Part shown: positions 27,673 to 36,231 of the stretch, piece by piece
How the letters are laid out: each line of letters starts with the position of its first letter
Position numbering within the stretch: the stretch's first letter is position 1
Source of the DNA: Rhodospirillales bacterium
Lineage (GTDB): Bacteria > Pseudomonadota > Alphaproteobacteria > Rhodospirillales > 2-02-FULL-58-16
Direction of reading: 5' to 3'
Assembly: GCA_046756945.1 (NCBI GenBank)
Contig: JBHHXI010000002.1
Coordinates: forward strand, 1-50,165
Length of the DNA: 50,165 nt
Made by a program: the position numbers and the translations under genes
The notes under the pieces: model-generated
What the model saw: only the letters and a program-made list of their open reading frames with translations
Database searches by the model: none
What the model was told of the DNA's origin: nothing

Positions 27673-29622
27673 ATGTGCGGAATTGCCGGAATTATAGGCC
27701 TGGCGCGGGTGAATCCGCGAGCCGTCGAGGCCATGACCGAGCGCCTCGTCCACCGCGGGCCGGACAGCGACGGGCTGTGGACGGGCCTGGACGGCCGCGT
27801 CGTCCTTGGCCACCGCCGCCTCGCCGTCCTCGATCCGTCTCCCAGGGGCCGCCAGCCCATGTCCGATCCCGAGGGCCGGGCGGTCGTCAACTTCAACGGC
27901 GAGATCTACAACTACGTGGAGCTTGCGGCGCGGCTGCGCGCCGAGGGCGCCCGTTTCGAATCGGGCACGGACACCGAGGTCCTTTTGCAGGGCTACCTCC
28001 ACTGGGGCGACGACGTGCTCAAGGAACTCAACGGCATGTTCGCCTTCGCCCTGTTCGACGCCGCCAGGGGCCGGATGCTGTTCGCCCGCGACCGCTTCGC
28101 CGAGAAGCCCCTGCTCTTCGCCAGGGGCCGCGAATTCTTCGCCTTCGCGTCCGAGCACAAGGCGCTCCAGGCCCTGGCCGAGGTCTCCGGCGAAACCGAC
28201 GACGTTCGCATGATGCGCTTCCTCCACCAGCCGCGGCGCGGCCTGGACGACGAGCGGGCGACGGTGTTCTCCGACGTGCGCCAGCTCCTGGGCGGCGAGA
28301 AGCTGGTGCTGGACACCGACACGCTCGAGTTCCAGATCACCCCGTACTGGACGCCGGCCCCCGATGCGGACCTCGCCCGTCTCGGCGAAGAGGAGGCGGT
28401 GGAGCGGGTCCGCGAGCTTCTGGTCGATTCCGTGCGCCTGCGCCTGCGCAGCGACGTCGAGGTCGGCTCGTGCCTCTCCGGCGGCCTCGATTCGAGCGCG
28501 CTGGTGTGCATCGCCCGCGACCTGATCGGGGACGACCGGCCCTATCACGTGTTCTCAGGCCGCTTCCCGGGGACCGCCGCCGACGAGTGGCGGTTCGCCG
28601 AGCAGGTGGTGGACAAGACCCGCGCCGTCCCCCACGTCGTCGAGCCCCGGCCCGGCGACCTGCTCGGGCAGATCGAGACCTTCGTCTGGATGAACGAGCT
28701 GCCGGTCGGCAGCACCAGCCAGTACGCCCAGTGGTGCGTCTTCGAACGGGCCAGGGAGGAAAACGTGACCGTGCTCCTCGACGGCCAGGGCGGGGACGAG
28801 ATCCTCGGCGGCTACGAGCAGTACTTTTCCGACTACTTGGCCGCGTTGCGCCGATCCGGCCAGCACCGCCGGGCGTTCAAGGAGAGAAAGGCGATCCGGG
28901 CGCGCTACCCCCTGGCCCTGCCCGGCCTGGCGCAGACGGCGAAGCGCGCCATGCCGGGACGCGCGCGCGCCGCCGCCGCGCGCCTGCTCGGCGTGGGGAG
29001 CGACTTCGCCTTCGGCCTGACGGACGGGGAATTGGTGACCGGCGACACGCCCCCGGGGCGCACCCCCGACCCGTCGTACCATGGCCTGGCCAGGGCGCTG
29101 TGCGAGGATTCGTTCGTCGCCCATCTGCCCACCCTGCTGCGCTACGGCGACCGCAACTCCATGGCCCATTCGCGCGAGGTGCGGCTGCCCTTTTGCGACC
29201 ACCGGCTGGCCGAGCTCGTGCTGTCGCTGCCGCCCCAGTACCTTATGGGCGAGGCGCAGACGAAGCGTCTCCTGCGCCGGGCCATGGGCGGCATCGTTCC
29301 CGACGGCATCCTTTCGCGGTGGGGCAAACAGGGCTTCCTGCCGCCCCAGGACGCGTGGTTCCGCGAAGCCCTCCTCGCCCCGGTGAAGGACCTGGTCCAC
29401 GACCCGGTGTTCTCCAACCGGGGCTGGTGGAACGTGAAATGGTGGCGCAACGCGGTGCGGCGCTTCGAGAACGGGGAGTCGCACCTGGCCTGGGTCCTGT
29501 GGCGGCCCTTCATCGCCGAAGCCTGGTGGGAGCATTTCGTCAAGCCGATCCGCACCCTGCCCCGGGAACCCGTGCTCGCCCGCAGGTGGCTGCACCTGGC
29601 GCCGGTCAGGAGTGCGCGGTGA
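27673..29622 (+). CDS. Asparagine synthase (glutamine-hydrolysing) family amidotransferase
   Basis: MCGIAGI N-terminal nucleophile. SGGLDSS PP-loop. 649 aa. Confidence 0.85.
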   Translation: MCGIAGIIGLARVNPRAVEAMTERLVHRGPDSDGLWTGLDGRVVLGHRRLAVLDPSPRGRQPMSDPEGRAVVNFNGEIYNYVELAARLRAEGARFESGTDTEVLLQGYLHWGDDVLKELNGMFAFALFDAARGRMLFARDRFAEKPLLFARGREFFAFASEHKALQALAEVSGETDDVRMMRFLHQPRRGLDDERATVFSDVRQLLGGEKLVLDTDTLEFQITPYWTPAPDADLARLGEEEAVERVRELLVDSVRLRLRSDVEVGSCLSGGLDSSALVCIARDLIGDDRPYHVFSGRFPGTAADEWRFAEQVVDKTRAVPHVVEPRPGDLLGQIETFVWMNELPVGSTSQYAQWCVFERAREENVTVLLDGQGGDEILGGYEQYFSDYLAALRRSGQHRRAFKERKAIRARYPLALPGLAQTAKRAMPGRARAAAARLLGVGSDFAFGLTDGELVTGDTPPGRTPDPSYHGLARALCEDSFVAHLPTLLRYGDRNSMAHSREVRLPFCDHRLAELVLSLPPQYLMGEAQTKRLLRRAMGGIVPDGILSRWGKQGFLPPQDAWFREALLAPVKDLVHDPVFSNRGWWNVKWWRNAVRRFENGESHLAWVLWRPFIAEAWWEHFVKPIRTLPREPVLARRWLHLAPVRSAR

Positions 29623-30283
29623 TTTGCACCAGCATCCCCTGCTCGACGAAAAAGTTGGTCGGCGAGAAATCGACGAAATAGCGGACCGGCCCGCCGCACC
29701 GCCGGGCGGCCTCGACCAGCAGGGCCTCGGCGCGTCGGGAATCCCCGTCGGCAACGGTCATGTCCTTGTCCGAGTTGTCGAGGTAGATCCATCCCCCCGG
29801 ACGCAGCTTGGGCAACACGCCGGCCACGCACCCGGCGCGGTCGGTGCCGTCGACGAGGGCGAAGTCGAAATGGGCGTCCGGGTAACCGGTGAGGGCGGCG
29901 TAGGTTTCCGCATCCCGCATCTCGAGCCGCACATTGGCAAGACCGCGCCGGGCAAGCAGCGCCTGGACCTCGGCGAACCAACGGGGGTCGTCTTCGATAC
30001 TGAGCAAAAAGCCGCAGCGCCGGGCCAGCCACGGCGTCGACATGCCGGCGCCGAACTCGACGACGCGGCTTTCCCCGTCGAGCAGCGAAGCGATCACCTT
30101 CCGCGCCCGAAACGAGATGGTGGGGACCGCGGCCCGGTAGCCGAATGCCGTTCTCAGGACCGCCGTGGCCAGGGCCGCCGGCGCATGGACCATGCCGCCC
30201 GCGTCCACGAGATTGCCCTTTTCGTCATGGAACCGGGTCTTGCGCAGCGGGCTGCCGCGGAGAATCCTCGTCACCCCGCCCAT
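29606..30283 (-). CDS. Class I SAM-dependent methyltransferase
   Basis: VVEFGAGMSTPWLA motif I and FDFALVDG post-I acidic motif. Confidence 0.65.
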   Translation of the reverse strand: MGGVTRILRGSPLRKTRFHDEKGNLVDAGGMVHAPAALATAVLRTAFGYRAAVPTISFRARKVIASLLDGESRVVEFGAGMSTPWLARRCGFLLSIEDDPRWFAEVQALLARRGLANVRLEMRDAETYAALTGYPDAHFDFALVDGTDRAGCVAGVLPKLRPGGWIYLDNSDKDMTVADGDSRRAEALLVEAARRCGGPVRYFVDFSPTNFFVEQGMLVQITAHS

Positions 30284-30391
30284 GGCCTGATACCACCATT
30301 CCTTAGACCCGACGGCCGTCCGATGGCGGTCATTTAGTACCCCCTATCATCATGGGATGAAAGGCCGGGCGCCGGGCGCCCGGCACCGGCC

Positions 30392-30426
30392 ACTGGATGC
30401 GAAGGCGGAACGGCGATATTTAAGGG
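30392..30426. promoter_or_regulatory. Conserved 35-nt motif, copy 2
   Basis: See 27588..27622. Confidence 0.6.
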
Positions 30427-30450
30427 GACCGCAGATATCACCGGTCCCGC

Positions 30451-31599
30451 ATGCCCCTCCGCCTGCTCTACCTCGTCGACCATCCGATCCAGTACCAGGC
30501 GCCCCTTCTGCGCCTGATCGCCGGGCTTGGCGACATCGACCTGACGGTCGTCCACAGGGACGCGGGCGGCGCCGGCGGCCGCTTCGATGCGGGCTTCGGC
30601 CGGGCGGTGACGTGGGACGTTCCGCTGACCGACGGGTATGCCCACGAGATCGTGCCCGACGACACGCGGCTGGCCCGGTTCATCGGAGACTGCGACGTCG
30701 TCTGGCTGCACGGCTGGCGGGGCGCGCGGGCGTGGCGGGCGATGGACACCGCCCGGCGCCGGGGCGTCCCCGTCCTCATGCGCGGCGAGAACACGCTGGC
30801 CGCCATGCCCGACGGACGGGCCCTGCGCGGGGTCCTCAAGCGCCGGTACCTGAAGTGGATCTTCGAGCGCTGCCGGGCGTTCCTTTACGTCGGCGGCGCC
30901 AACCGGGACTACTACCGCGCCCACGGGGTCGGGCCCGGGCGGCTGTTCCCCATGCCCTATGCCGTCGACAACGACTTCTTCCGTTCCCGGGCGGCGGCGG
31001 CGGCCGGCGAGCGCGCCCAGTTCCGTTCCGCCCTCGGGCTCGATGGCGAGCGTCCCGTCATCCTGTTCGCCGGCAAGCTGCTGGCGCGCAAGAACCCCCT
31101 GGTGCTGGTCGACGCCTTCCGGGCGCTCGACCACGCCCAGCTCGGCCGTCCCTACCTGCTGTTCGTCGGCGACGGCGCGCTGCGCCCGGCACTGGAGAAG
31201 GCGGCCGCCGGCGACGACCGCGTGCGCGTCCTCGGCTTCCGCAACCAGACCGAAATGCCGGCGTTTTACGACCTGGCCGACGTCTTCGTTCTGGCGTCGC
31301 ACCGCGAGCCCTGGGGCCTGGCCGTGAACGAGGCGATGAACGGCCGGTGCGCCGTCGTCGTCTCCACCGAGTGCGGATGCGCCGAAGACCTGGTCGACGA
31401 CACCTGCGGCGCCGTGGTGCCGCCGGGAGACGCCGGCGCCCTCGGCCGGGCCCTGGCGCGAATCCTGTCCGACAGGGGCCGCTGCCGGGTGATGGGAGAG
31501 GCCGCCGCCGGACGGATCAGGGGCTGGAACTTCGACGCCGACGTGGACGGCCTGCGCCGGGCCCTGTCGGCGGTGTGCCAAGGGCCTCGGCAAGCATGA
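30451..31599 (+). CDS. Glycosyltransferase family 4 (GT-B)
   Basis: VFVLASHREPWGLAVNEAMNGRCAVVVSTECG motif. Confidence 0.8.
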   Translation: MPLRLLYLVDHPIQYQAPLLRLIAGLGDIDLTVVHRDAGGAGGRFDAGFGRAVTWDVPLTDGYAHEIVPDDTRLARFIGDCDVVWLHGWRGARAWRAMDTARRRGVPVLMRGENTLAAMPDGRALRGVLKRRYLKWIFERCRAFLYVGGANRDYYRAHGVGPGRLFPMPYAVDNDFFRSRAAAAAGERAQFRSALGLDGERPVILFAGKLLARKNPLVLVDAFRALDHAQLGRPYLLFVGDGALRPALEKAAAGDDRVRVLGFRNQTEMPAFYDLADVFVLASHREPWGLAVNEAMNGRCAVVVSTECGCAEDLVDDTCGAVVPPGDAGALGRALARILSDRGRCRVMGEAAAGRIRGWNFDADVDGLRRALSAVCQGPRQA

Positions 31600-32638
31600 A
31601 CCGCATGCGGCCGGTTTCGCTGTAGTCGCTGTCGAGACAGCGCCGGCGTCCGGCCTCGGCGATCGCGGCGCGTTCCGTTTCATGGGCCAGGTAATGGCGG
31701 ACCTTGGCGAGAAGCTCGTCCGGGGTGGCGAAGAACACGGCTTCGCGGTCCTCGGCGAACAGGCGCACATGCTCTTCGGACCGTTCGGCGAGAAGGAACC
31801 CGGCGCAGGCCGGGATTTCGACGCTGCGGTCCGTATGCCGGTCCCGGTTGAGCTTGCGCAGGAAGCCCAGGTTGATGCGCGTGGCGCAGATCGCCCTGGT
31901 GTAGCGCAGATCGGTCTCCGTGTTGACGACGGCGCGGCCCTCGATCCTCAGGTTGGGATGGCCCTCGGCGAGACTTTCCCAGCCGTTCCCCCACACCCGC
32001 ACGCGGACGCCGTTCCGCGCCAGGAACAGCAGGGACCGCGCCCGGTCCGCCTCGTAGGTGCCGATGAACCCGACGCCGCCGCCCAGTTCTTCCCGGTCCC
32101 GTTCGCCGACCTCGACCGGGTGGTGCTGGTGGGCGTCGAAGGCCTTGTCGACGACGACGACCCGGCGCGCGCCCAGGGCCGGCAGTTCGTGGGCATCGCG
32201 GTTCGGCGCCTTGGTGGTGAACACGCAGTCGTAGAACCCGAGGCCCTTGACGTAGGCGCGGGTCCGGTTGTGGTCGAGGAACATGTCGTCGTCGGAATAG
32301 GAGACGACCGGCACGCGCGGGTGGGTGGCCTTCACGTGCCGTAACGTGGACGGGCGGATCATCGTGCCCTTTTCGATCCACACCAGGTCCGGTGGGCGGG
32401 ATTTCAGGGCATCGCGCAATGTCCCGTTCGCCCGCTCGGTGTCCAGGTGGTAGCCCAGCCTGTGGGCCACCCGGTAGGCCAGGGAAAATTCGGGGTATCC
32501 CCGGTCTTCACCACCGATGCGGGTATGGGGGACGGTCCTCACCTCGGCCCCCAGGTCGGTGAGGGCGCGGGCCCGCGCGCGCCCCTTGGCGTACACGTTC
32601 ATATCCGCAATGCACAGGACCTTGAGCTGCTGATGCAT
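31517..32638 (-). CDS. CgeB-family / DUF3880-type glycosyltransferase-like protein
   Basis: Trimmed from the 743-aa track ORF to MHQQLKVLCIADMNVY... (the alternative ATG is 24 nt upstream). C-terminal ...HYLAHETERAAIAEAGRRRCLDSDYSETGRMRFML is typical of the Glyco_trans_1_2 end. Confidence 0.65.
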   Translation of the reverse strand: MHQQLKVLCIADMNVYAKGRARARALTDLGAEVRTVPHTRIGGEDRGYPEFSLAYRVAHRLGYHLDTERANGTLRDALKSRPPDLVWIEKGTMIRPSTLRHVKATHPRVPVVSYSDDDMFLDHNRTRAYVKGLGFYDCVFTTKAPNRDAHELPALGARRVVVVDKAFDAHQHHPVEVGERDREELGGGVGFIGTYEADRARSLLFLARNGVRVRVWGNGWESLAEGHPNLRIEGRAVVNTETDLRYTRAICATRINLGFLRKLNRDRHTDRSVEIPACAGFLLAERSEEHVRLFAEDREAVFFATPDELLAKVRHYLAHETERAAIAEAGRRRCLDSDYSETGRMRFMLAEALGTPPTGPGAGRPRRRRSSSP

Positions 32639-32809
32639 GGATGCCCGATCGGCCGGCGTCATGGCCCGGCGCGCTGTGGCATGGTCAAAAACTGGATCGA
32701 CGGACCCTGGGCGCGACCCATGATTCCCATTTCCCCCCGACGCATCCATCGCCCGGACACGGGGGAAAACGGCGTGGACAACCCCCGGTCCGTCGAATAC
32801 ACCTCTCGG

Positions 32810-33952
32810 ATGCGCCTGATCGTCAACGCAATTTCCGCCCACACCGGAGGCATCGTCACCTACACGACCAACGTTATCCATTACTTTTCCAAATTTGGCG
32901 AGCAGGGAACCATTTTCCTGCCCGAGTGGTTCTCGGCCCGGCCGGGCCGCGGCGAGGACTCGACGATCAAGCTGCGCAGCATGCGCGCCACCCATTACGG
33001 CGCGCTGCGCAGGTTTCTGTGGGAGCAGCTGATCTGGCGCCGCCTCGTCAAACAGAGCGGCGCCGAGATTCTGTTCTCGTCGGCCAACTATGGGTTGCTG
33101 CGCCCGCCCATCCACCAGGTCCTGCTGGTGCAGGGCGAGACCAGCTTCGATCCGTTGTACCAGCGCCACATTCTGCCCCGGCTCAGCCTTGCCGAGAGGC
33201 GGGCGTTCGCGCTCAGACGGCGGCTCGTCCTGTTGTCGGCGCGGAATTCCGATCTGGTGATTTTTCCGTCGCGCACGTCTCTCGAGTCCGTTTCCCGGTA
33301 TGACCCGTCGATCGCCGCCAAGTCGACGGTCAACTACCTGGGCGCCGATGACGATTTCTTCCCTGTCGTCCCGACGCGGCCGTGGCGCGGGGACGGGACC
33401 CTCAAGATCATTTACCTTTCCATTTACTATCCCCACAAGGACCCCCATACCCTGGCCAGGGCGACGGAACTCCTGAACCAAAAAGGGGTCGCGGCCCAGG
33501 CGCGGATCACCATGGAGCCCGAAGACTTCGCCATCTGGTCGACCGGGCACGAGGACATGGCCATCCTGCGCGAGGACCAACGGACCGGATACCTGACCCT
33601 GGGACGCCTTGCCCACACCGAGGTGGGGACGGCGTTGGCGGATCACGACGTTCTGGTGTTCCCGTCGCTGACGGAAACCTTCGGTTTTCCCCTGGTCGAA
33701 GCCATGGCCGTCGGCGTCCCGGTCGTCGCCGCGGACACCCCCATCCACCGGGAGATCTGCGGTGACGCGGCGCTATACTTCGAACCCGGAAATCCCGAAG
33801 ACGTGTGCGCGCGGCTCCTGGAACTGGACGCCGGCGCCGACCTCAGGGCCCGGTGCAGGGAACGCGGCAAGGCACGGGTCAAGGAGCGCTTCACCTGGGA
33901 ACGCCACATGCGCGCGCTCATCGACTGCTTCAAGACGGTGACGGAGAGTTGA
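32810..33952 (+). CDS. Glycosyltransferase family 1/4 (GT-B)
   Basis: Trimmed to MRLIVNAISAHTGGIVTY.... VLVFPSLTETFGFPLVEAMAVGVPVVAADTPIHREI motif. Confidence 0.8.
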   Translation: MRLIVNAISAHTGGIVTYTTNVIHYFSKFGEQGTIFLPEWFSARPGRGEDSTIKLRSMRATHYGALRRFLWEQLIWRRLVKQSGAEILFSSANYGLLRPPIHQVLLVQGETSFDPLYQRHILPRLSLAERRAFALRRRLVLLSARNSDLVIFPSRTSLESVSRYDPSIAAKSTVNYLGADDDFFPVVPTRPWRGDGTLKIIYLSIYYPHKDPHTLARATELLNQKGVAAQARITMEPEDFAIWSTGHEDMAILREDQRTGYLTLGRLAHTEVGTALADHDVLVFPSLTETFGFPLVEAMAVGVPVVAADTPIHREICGDAALYFEPGNPEDVCARLLELDAGADLRARCRERGKARVKERFTWERHMRALIDCFKTVTES

Positions 33953-34007
33953 TCGGAATACACGGCGTGATTGTAGCGGGAAATGTCGCGAAAGGCGGTG
34001 GACGGCA

Positions 34008-35306
34008 TTGGTCGATAGCCGCGGATTGAAGGCCGGCGCCACGGTGATGGTGAGCGGGCAGGTCATCCAGGCCCTGGTCGCGTTCGCGGCGAACCTGGTG
34101 CTCGTGCGCCATATCGCGCCGGCCGAGTTCGGGCGCTTCGCCGTCGTCTACGCCGGCGCGTCCCTGGTGCTGTCGATCGTTTCGCTGCGCGTCGGCACGC
34201 TCATCATACGCACCCCGGCCACGGCGTTCACGGTGACGGTCCAGGAGCGCTATTTCAACGTGTTGGCCATCGAGACCGTGCTCGCCCTGGTCCTCGGGCT
34301 GGCCTGGGTGGCCTATGCCTGGCCGACGGGATCGTGGTCCATGCTGCTCGTCGCCGTCATCTGCGGCCAGCACTGGATCGGCCACAACAAGGCGTTCTAC
34401 GAACGGAATATGCGCTACGTGAAGCTCGGGGTGGTGGAGACCTCGGGCATCATCGCCGCCCACCTGGTTTCCGTCGTCCTGGTGCTCAAGGGCAGCGGCG
34501 CCGCGGCACTCTACCTCCGCGAGCTGATGGCCCTGGTGGTGACGTTCTGCGGGCTTTGGGCGGTGGGCGGCGTGACGCTCAGGCGCTTCCGCCGCCTCGG
34601 CGTGGAGGAATGGCGGGGCGTGTTCCGCGAGGTGCGCGGCGTGTGGCTGGACAGTGCGCTCGAATCCGCCTACCAGCGGGTGCTCATCCTGGCCGCCGGC
34701 GTGCTCGGCGGCGACAGGGGCGCGGGATTCTTCTTTCAGGCCCAGCGCCTGGCCCTGCTTCCCAACCAGATCACGGCTCCCGTCGTCGCCCGCATGGTGC
34801 CGACATGGTTCGGCCAGGAGGACCGGGCCGTGGTACGCACCCGGGTGCGCAACCGCCTGCTCAGGATCCTCGCCGGGCCGCTGGCCCTCGGCGCCGTCGC
34901 GGCGGTCCTGTTCGCCGATCCGGTCGTGCCATGGATCTTCGGTTCCGCCTGGCACCCCACCGCCGGCCTGCTCGCCATGCTGTGGGGGCTGATCCTGTTC
35001 TCCAGCCTGTTCGAGGTGCTCAAGGGGTATTGCATCGTCACCTTCAGGACGCGAATCCTGCCGCTTGCCCGGGCCGCCCAGTACCTGGGCCTGGCGCTGC
35101 CGTTCGCCGTATTGTTCCTGTTCCCGGACCGGCCCGGCCTGACCTGGCTGGCCATCGGCGTCTCCGTCGGCTTCGCCGTCGCATTCTTCGCCGTGCTCGC
35201 CCAGCTGCGGCGCACAGAGGGGCGCCCCCGCGGCCCCCGGGGGGGAACGGGGGGTGTCCCCCCGGATACATTTGGCGGGGGACGCCCCCGCGGCCCCCGG
35301 GCATGA
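34008..35306 (+). CDS. Wzx-like oligosaccharide flippase / polysaccharide biosynthesis protein
   Basis: About 12 hydrophobic segments. N-terminal VSGQVIQALVAFAANLVLVRHIAPAEFG is typical of the Polysacc_synt family. The TTG-34008 start is provisional. The last ~30 codons are encoded by repeat copy B. Confidence 0.7.
   Translation: MVDSRGLKAGATVMVSGQVIQALVAFAANLVLVRHIAPAEFGRFAVVYAGASLVLSIVSLRVGTLIIRTPATAFTVTVQERYFNVLAIETVLALVLGLAWVAYAWPTGSWSMLLVAVICGQHWIGHNKAFYERNMRYVKLGVVETSGIIAAHLVSVVLVLKGSGAAALYLRELMALVVTFCGLWAVGGVTLRRFRRLGVEEWRGVFREVRGVWLDSALESAYQRVLILAAGVLGGDRGAGFFFQAQRLALLPNQITAPVVARMVPTWFGQEDRAVVRTRVRNRLLRILAGPLALGAVAAVLFADPVVPWIFGSAWHPTAGLLAMLWGLILFSSLFEVLKGYCIVTFRTRILPLARAAQYLGLALPFAVLFLFPDRPGLTWLAIGVSVGFAVAFFAVLAQLRRTEGRPRGPRGGTGGVPPDTFGGGRPRGPRA
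35218..35300. repeat. GC-rich hairpin repeat element, copy B (with an extra 5' unit)
   Basis: ggggcgcccccgcggcccccgg, then g7aacggggggtgtccccccgg, then atacatttgg, then cgggggacgcccccgcggcccccgg. Aligns with copy A. Confidence 0.75.
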
Positions 35307-35415
35307 CAGGCAGCGGCAAAATCATGTTACCATCGCCGCCGCCGAGGCATTCATTGCGAAAGCGCCGGTTGAACCGGTACCGGCGCCACGACAACAGCCA
35401 GGGGAGGACTGTTCC

Positions 35416-36111
35416 ATGAGCGGCAGGGAAATCACCATCACGGCGGCCGACGGCGGGGAGTTTATGGGCTATCTCGCGACCCCGGCCTCGGGCGGCGGTC
35501 CCGGAGTCGTGGTCATCCAGGAAATCTTCGGCGTCAACGCGGTCATGCGCTCCATCACCGACGGGCTGGCCGGCGAAGGGTTCATGGCGTTGTGTCCCGA
35601 TCTCTTCTGGCGCCAGGAGCCGGGCATCCAGATCACCGACCAGACCGACGAGGAGTGGGCCAGGGCGTTCGAGCTGTTCCAGGGCTTCGACCTGGAAAAA
35701 GGCGTCGCCGACCTCGACAGCACGATCGAAACCCTGCGCCGCCTCGAGGGCTGTTCGGGCAAGGTGGGCACGGTGGGGTTTTGCCTGGGCGGGCGGCTCG
35801 CCTATCTGACGGCGACGCGCACCCATGCGGACGCCGCGGTCGGCTATTACGGCGTCGCCCTGGATGAGCACGTGGACGAGACCATCACGAGCCCGCTGAT
35901 GCTGCACGTGGCGGGCGAGGACGAGTTCGCGTCGAAGGAAAGCCAGGCCACGGTGCGGGCGGCGCTGGAGGGCAACCCGAAGGTCACCATCCACGACTAC
36001 GAGGGCCATGGCCACGCCTTCGCCCGGGTCGGCGGCAAGCACTACGACAAGGCCACGGCCGACCTCGCCAACGGTCGGACGGTGGAGTTCCTGAAGGCCA
36101 ATCTGGGCTGA
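35416..36111 (+). CDS. Dienelactone hydrolase family protein (carboxymethylenebutenolidase-like)
   Basis: GVVVIQEIFGVN, GTVGFCLGG nucleophile elbow (Cys) and GHGHAF. GGGGAGGA Shine-Dalgarno before ATG-35416. Confidence 0.8.
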   Translation: MSGREITITAADGGEFMGYLATPASGGGPGVVVIQEIFGVNAVMRSITDGLAGEGFMALCPDLFWRQEPGIQITDQTDEEWARAFELFQGFDLEKGVADLDSTIETLRRLEGCSGKVGTVGFCLGGRLAYLTATRTHADAAVGYYGVALDEHVDETITSPLMLHVAGEDEFASKESQATVRAALEGNPKVTIHDYEGHGHAFARVGGKHYDKATADLANGRTVEFLKANLG

Positions 36112-36231
36112 GCCCGGGCCGGCCGAGGCACGCCACGGGCGTGGGGAGCATGGAAAAGGGACGCCCCCCGTGGTGACCAGAAAGAACCGGCCCCGGCCGG
36201 GACCGCGCACCCCATTCCGGGAGCGCCGTTC

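Noticed and set aside
32639-33748. N-terminal ~370 codons of the 743-aa track ORF 31517..33748
   Set aside because: This part is antisense to the GT gene at 32810..33952 and is low-complexity. Recognisable CgeB-like sequence begins at MHQQLKVLCIAD (32638).
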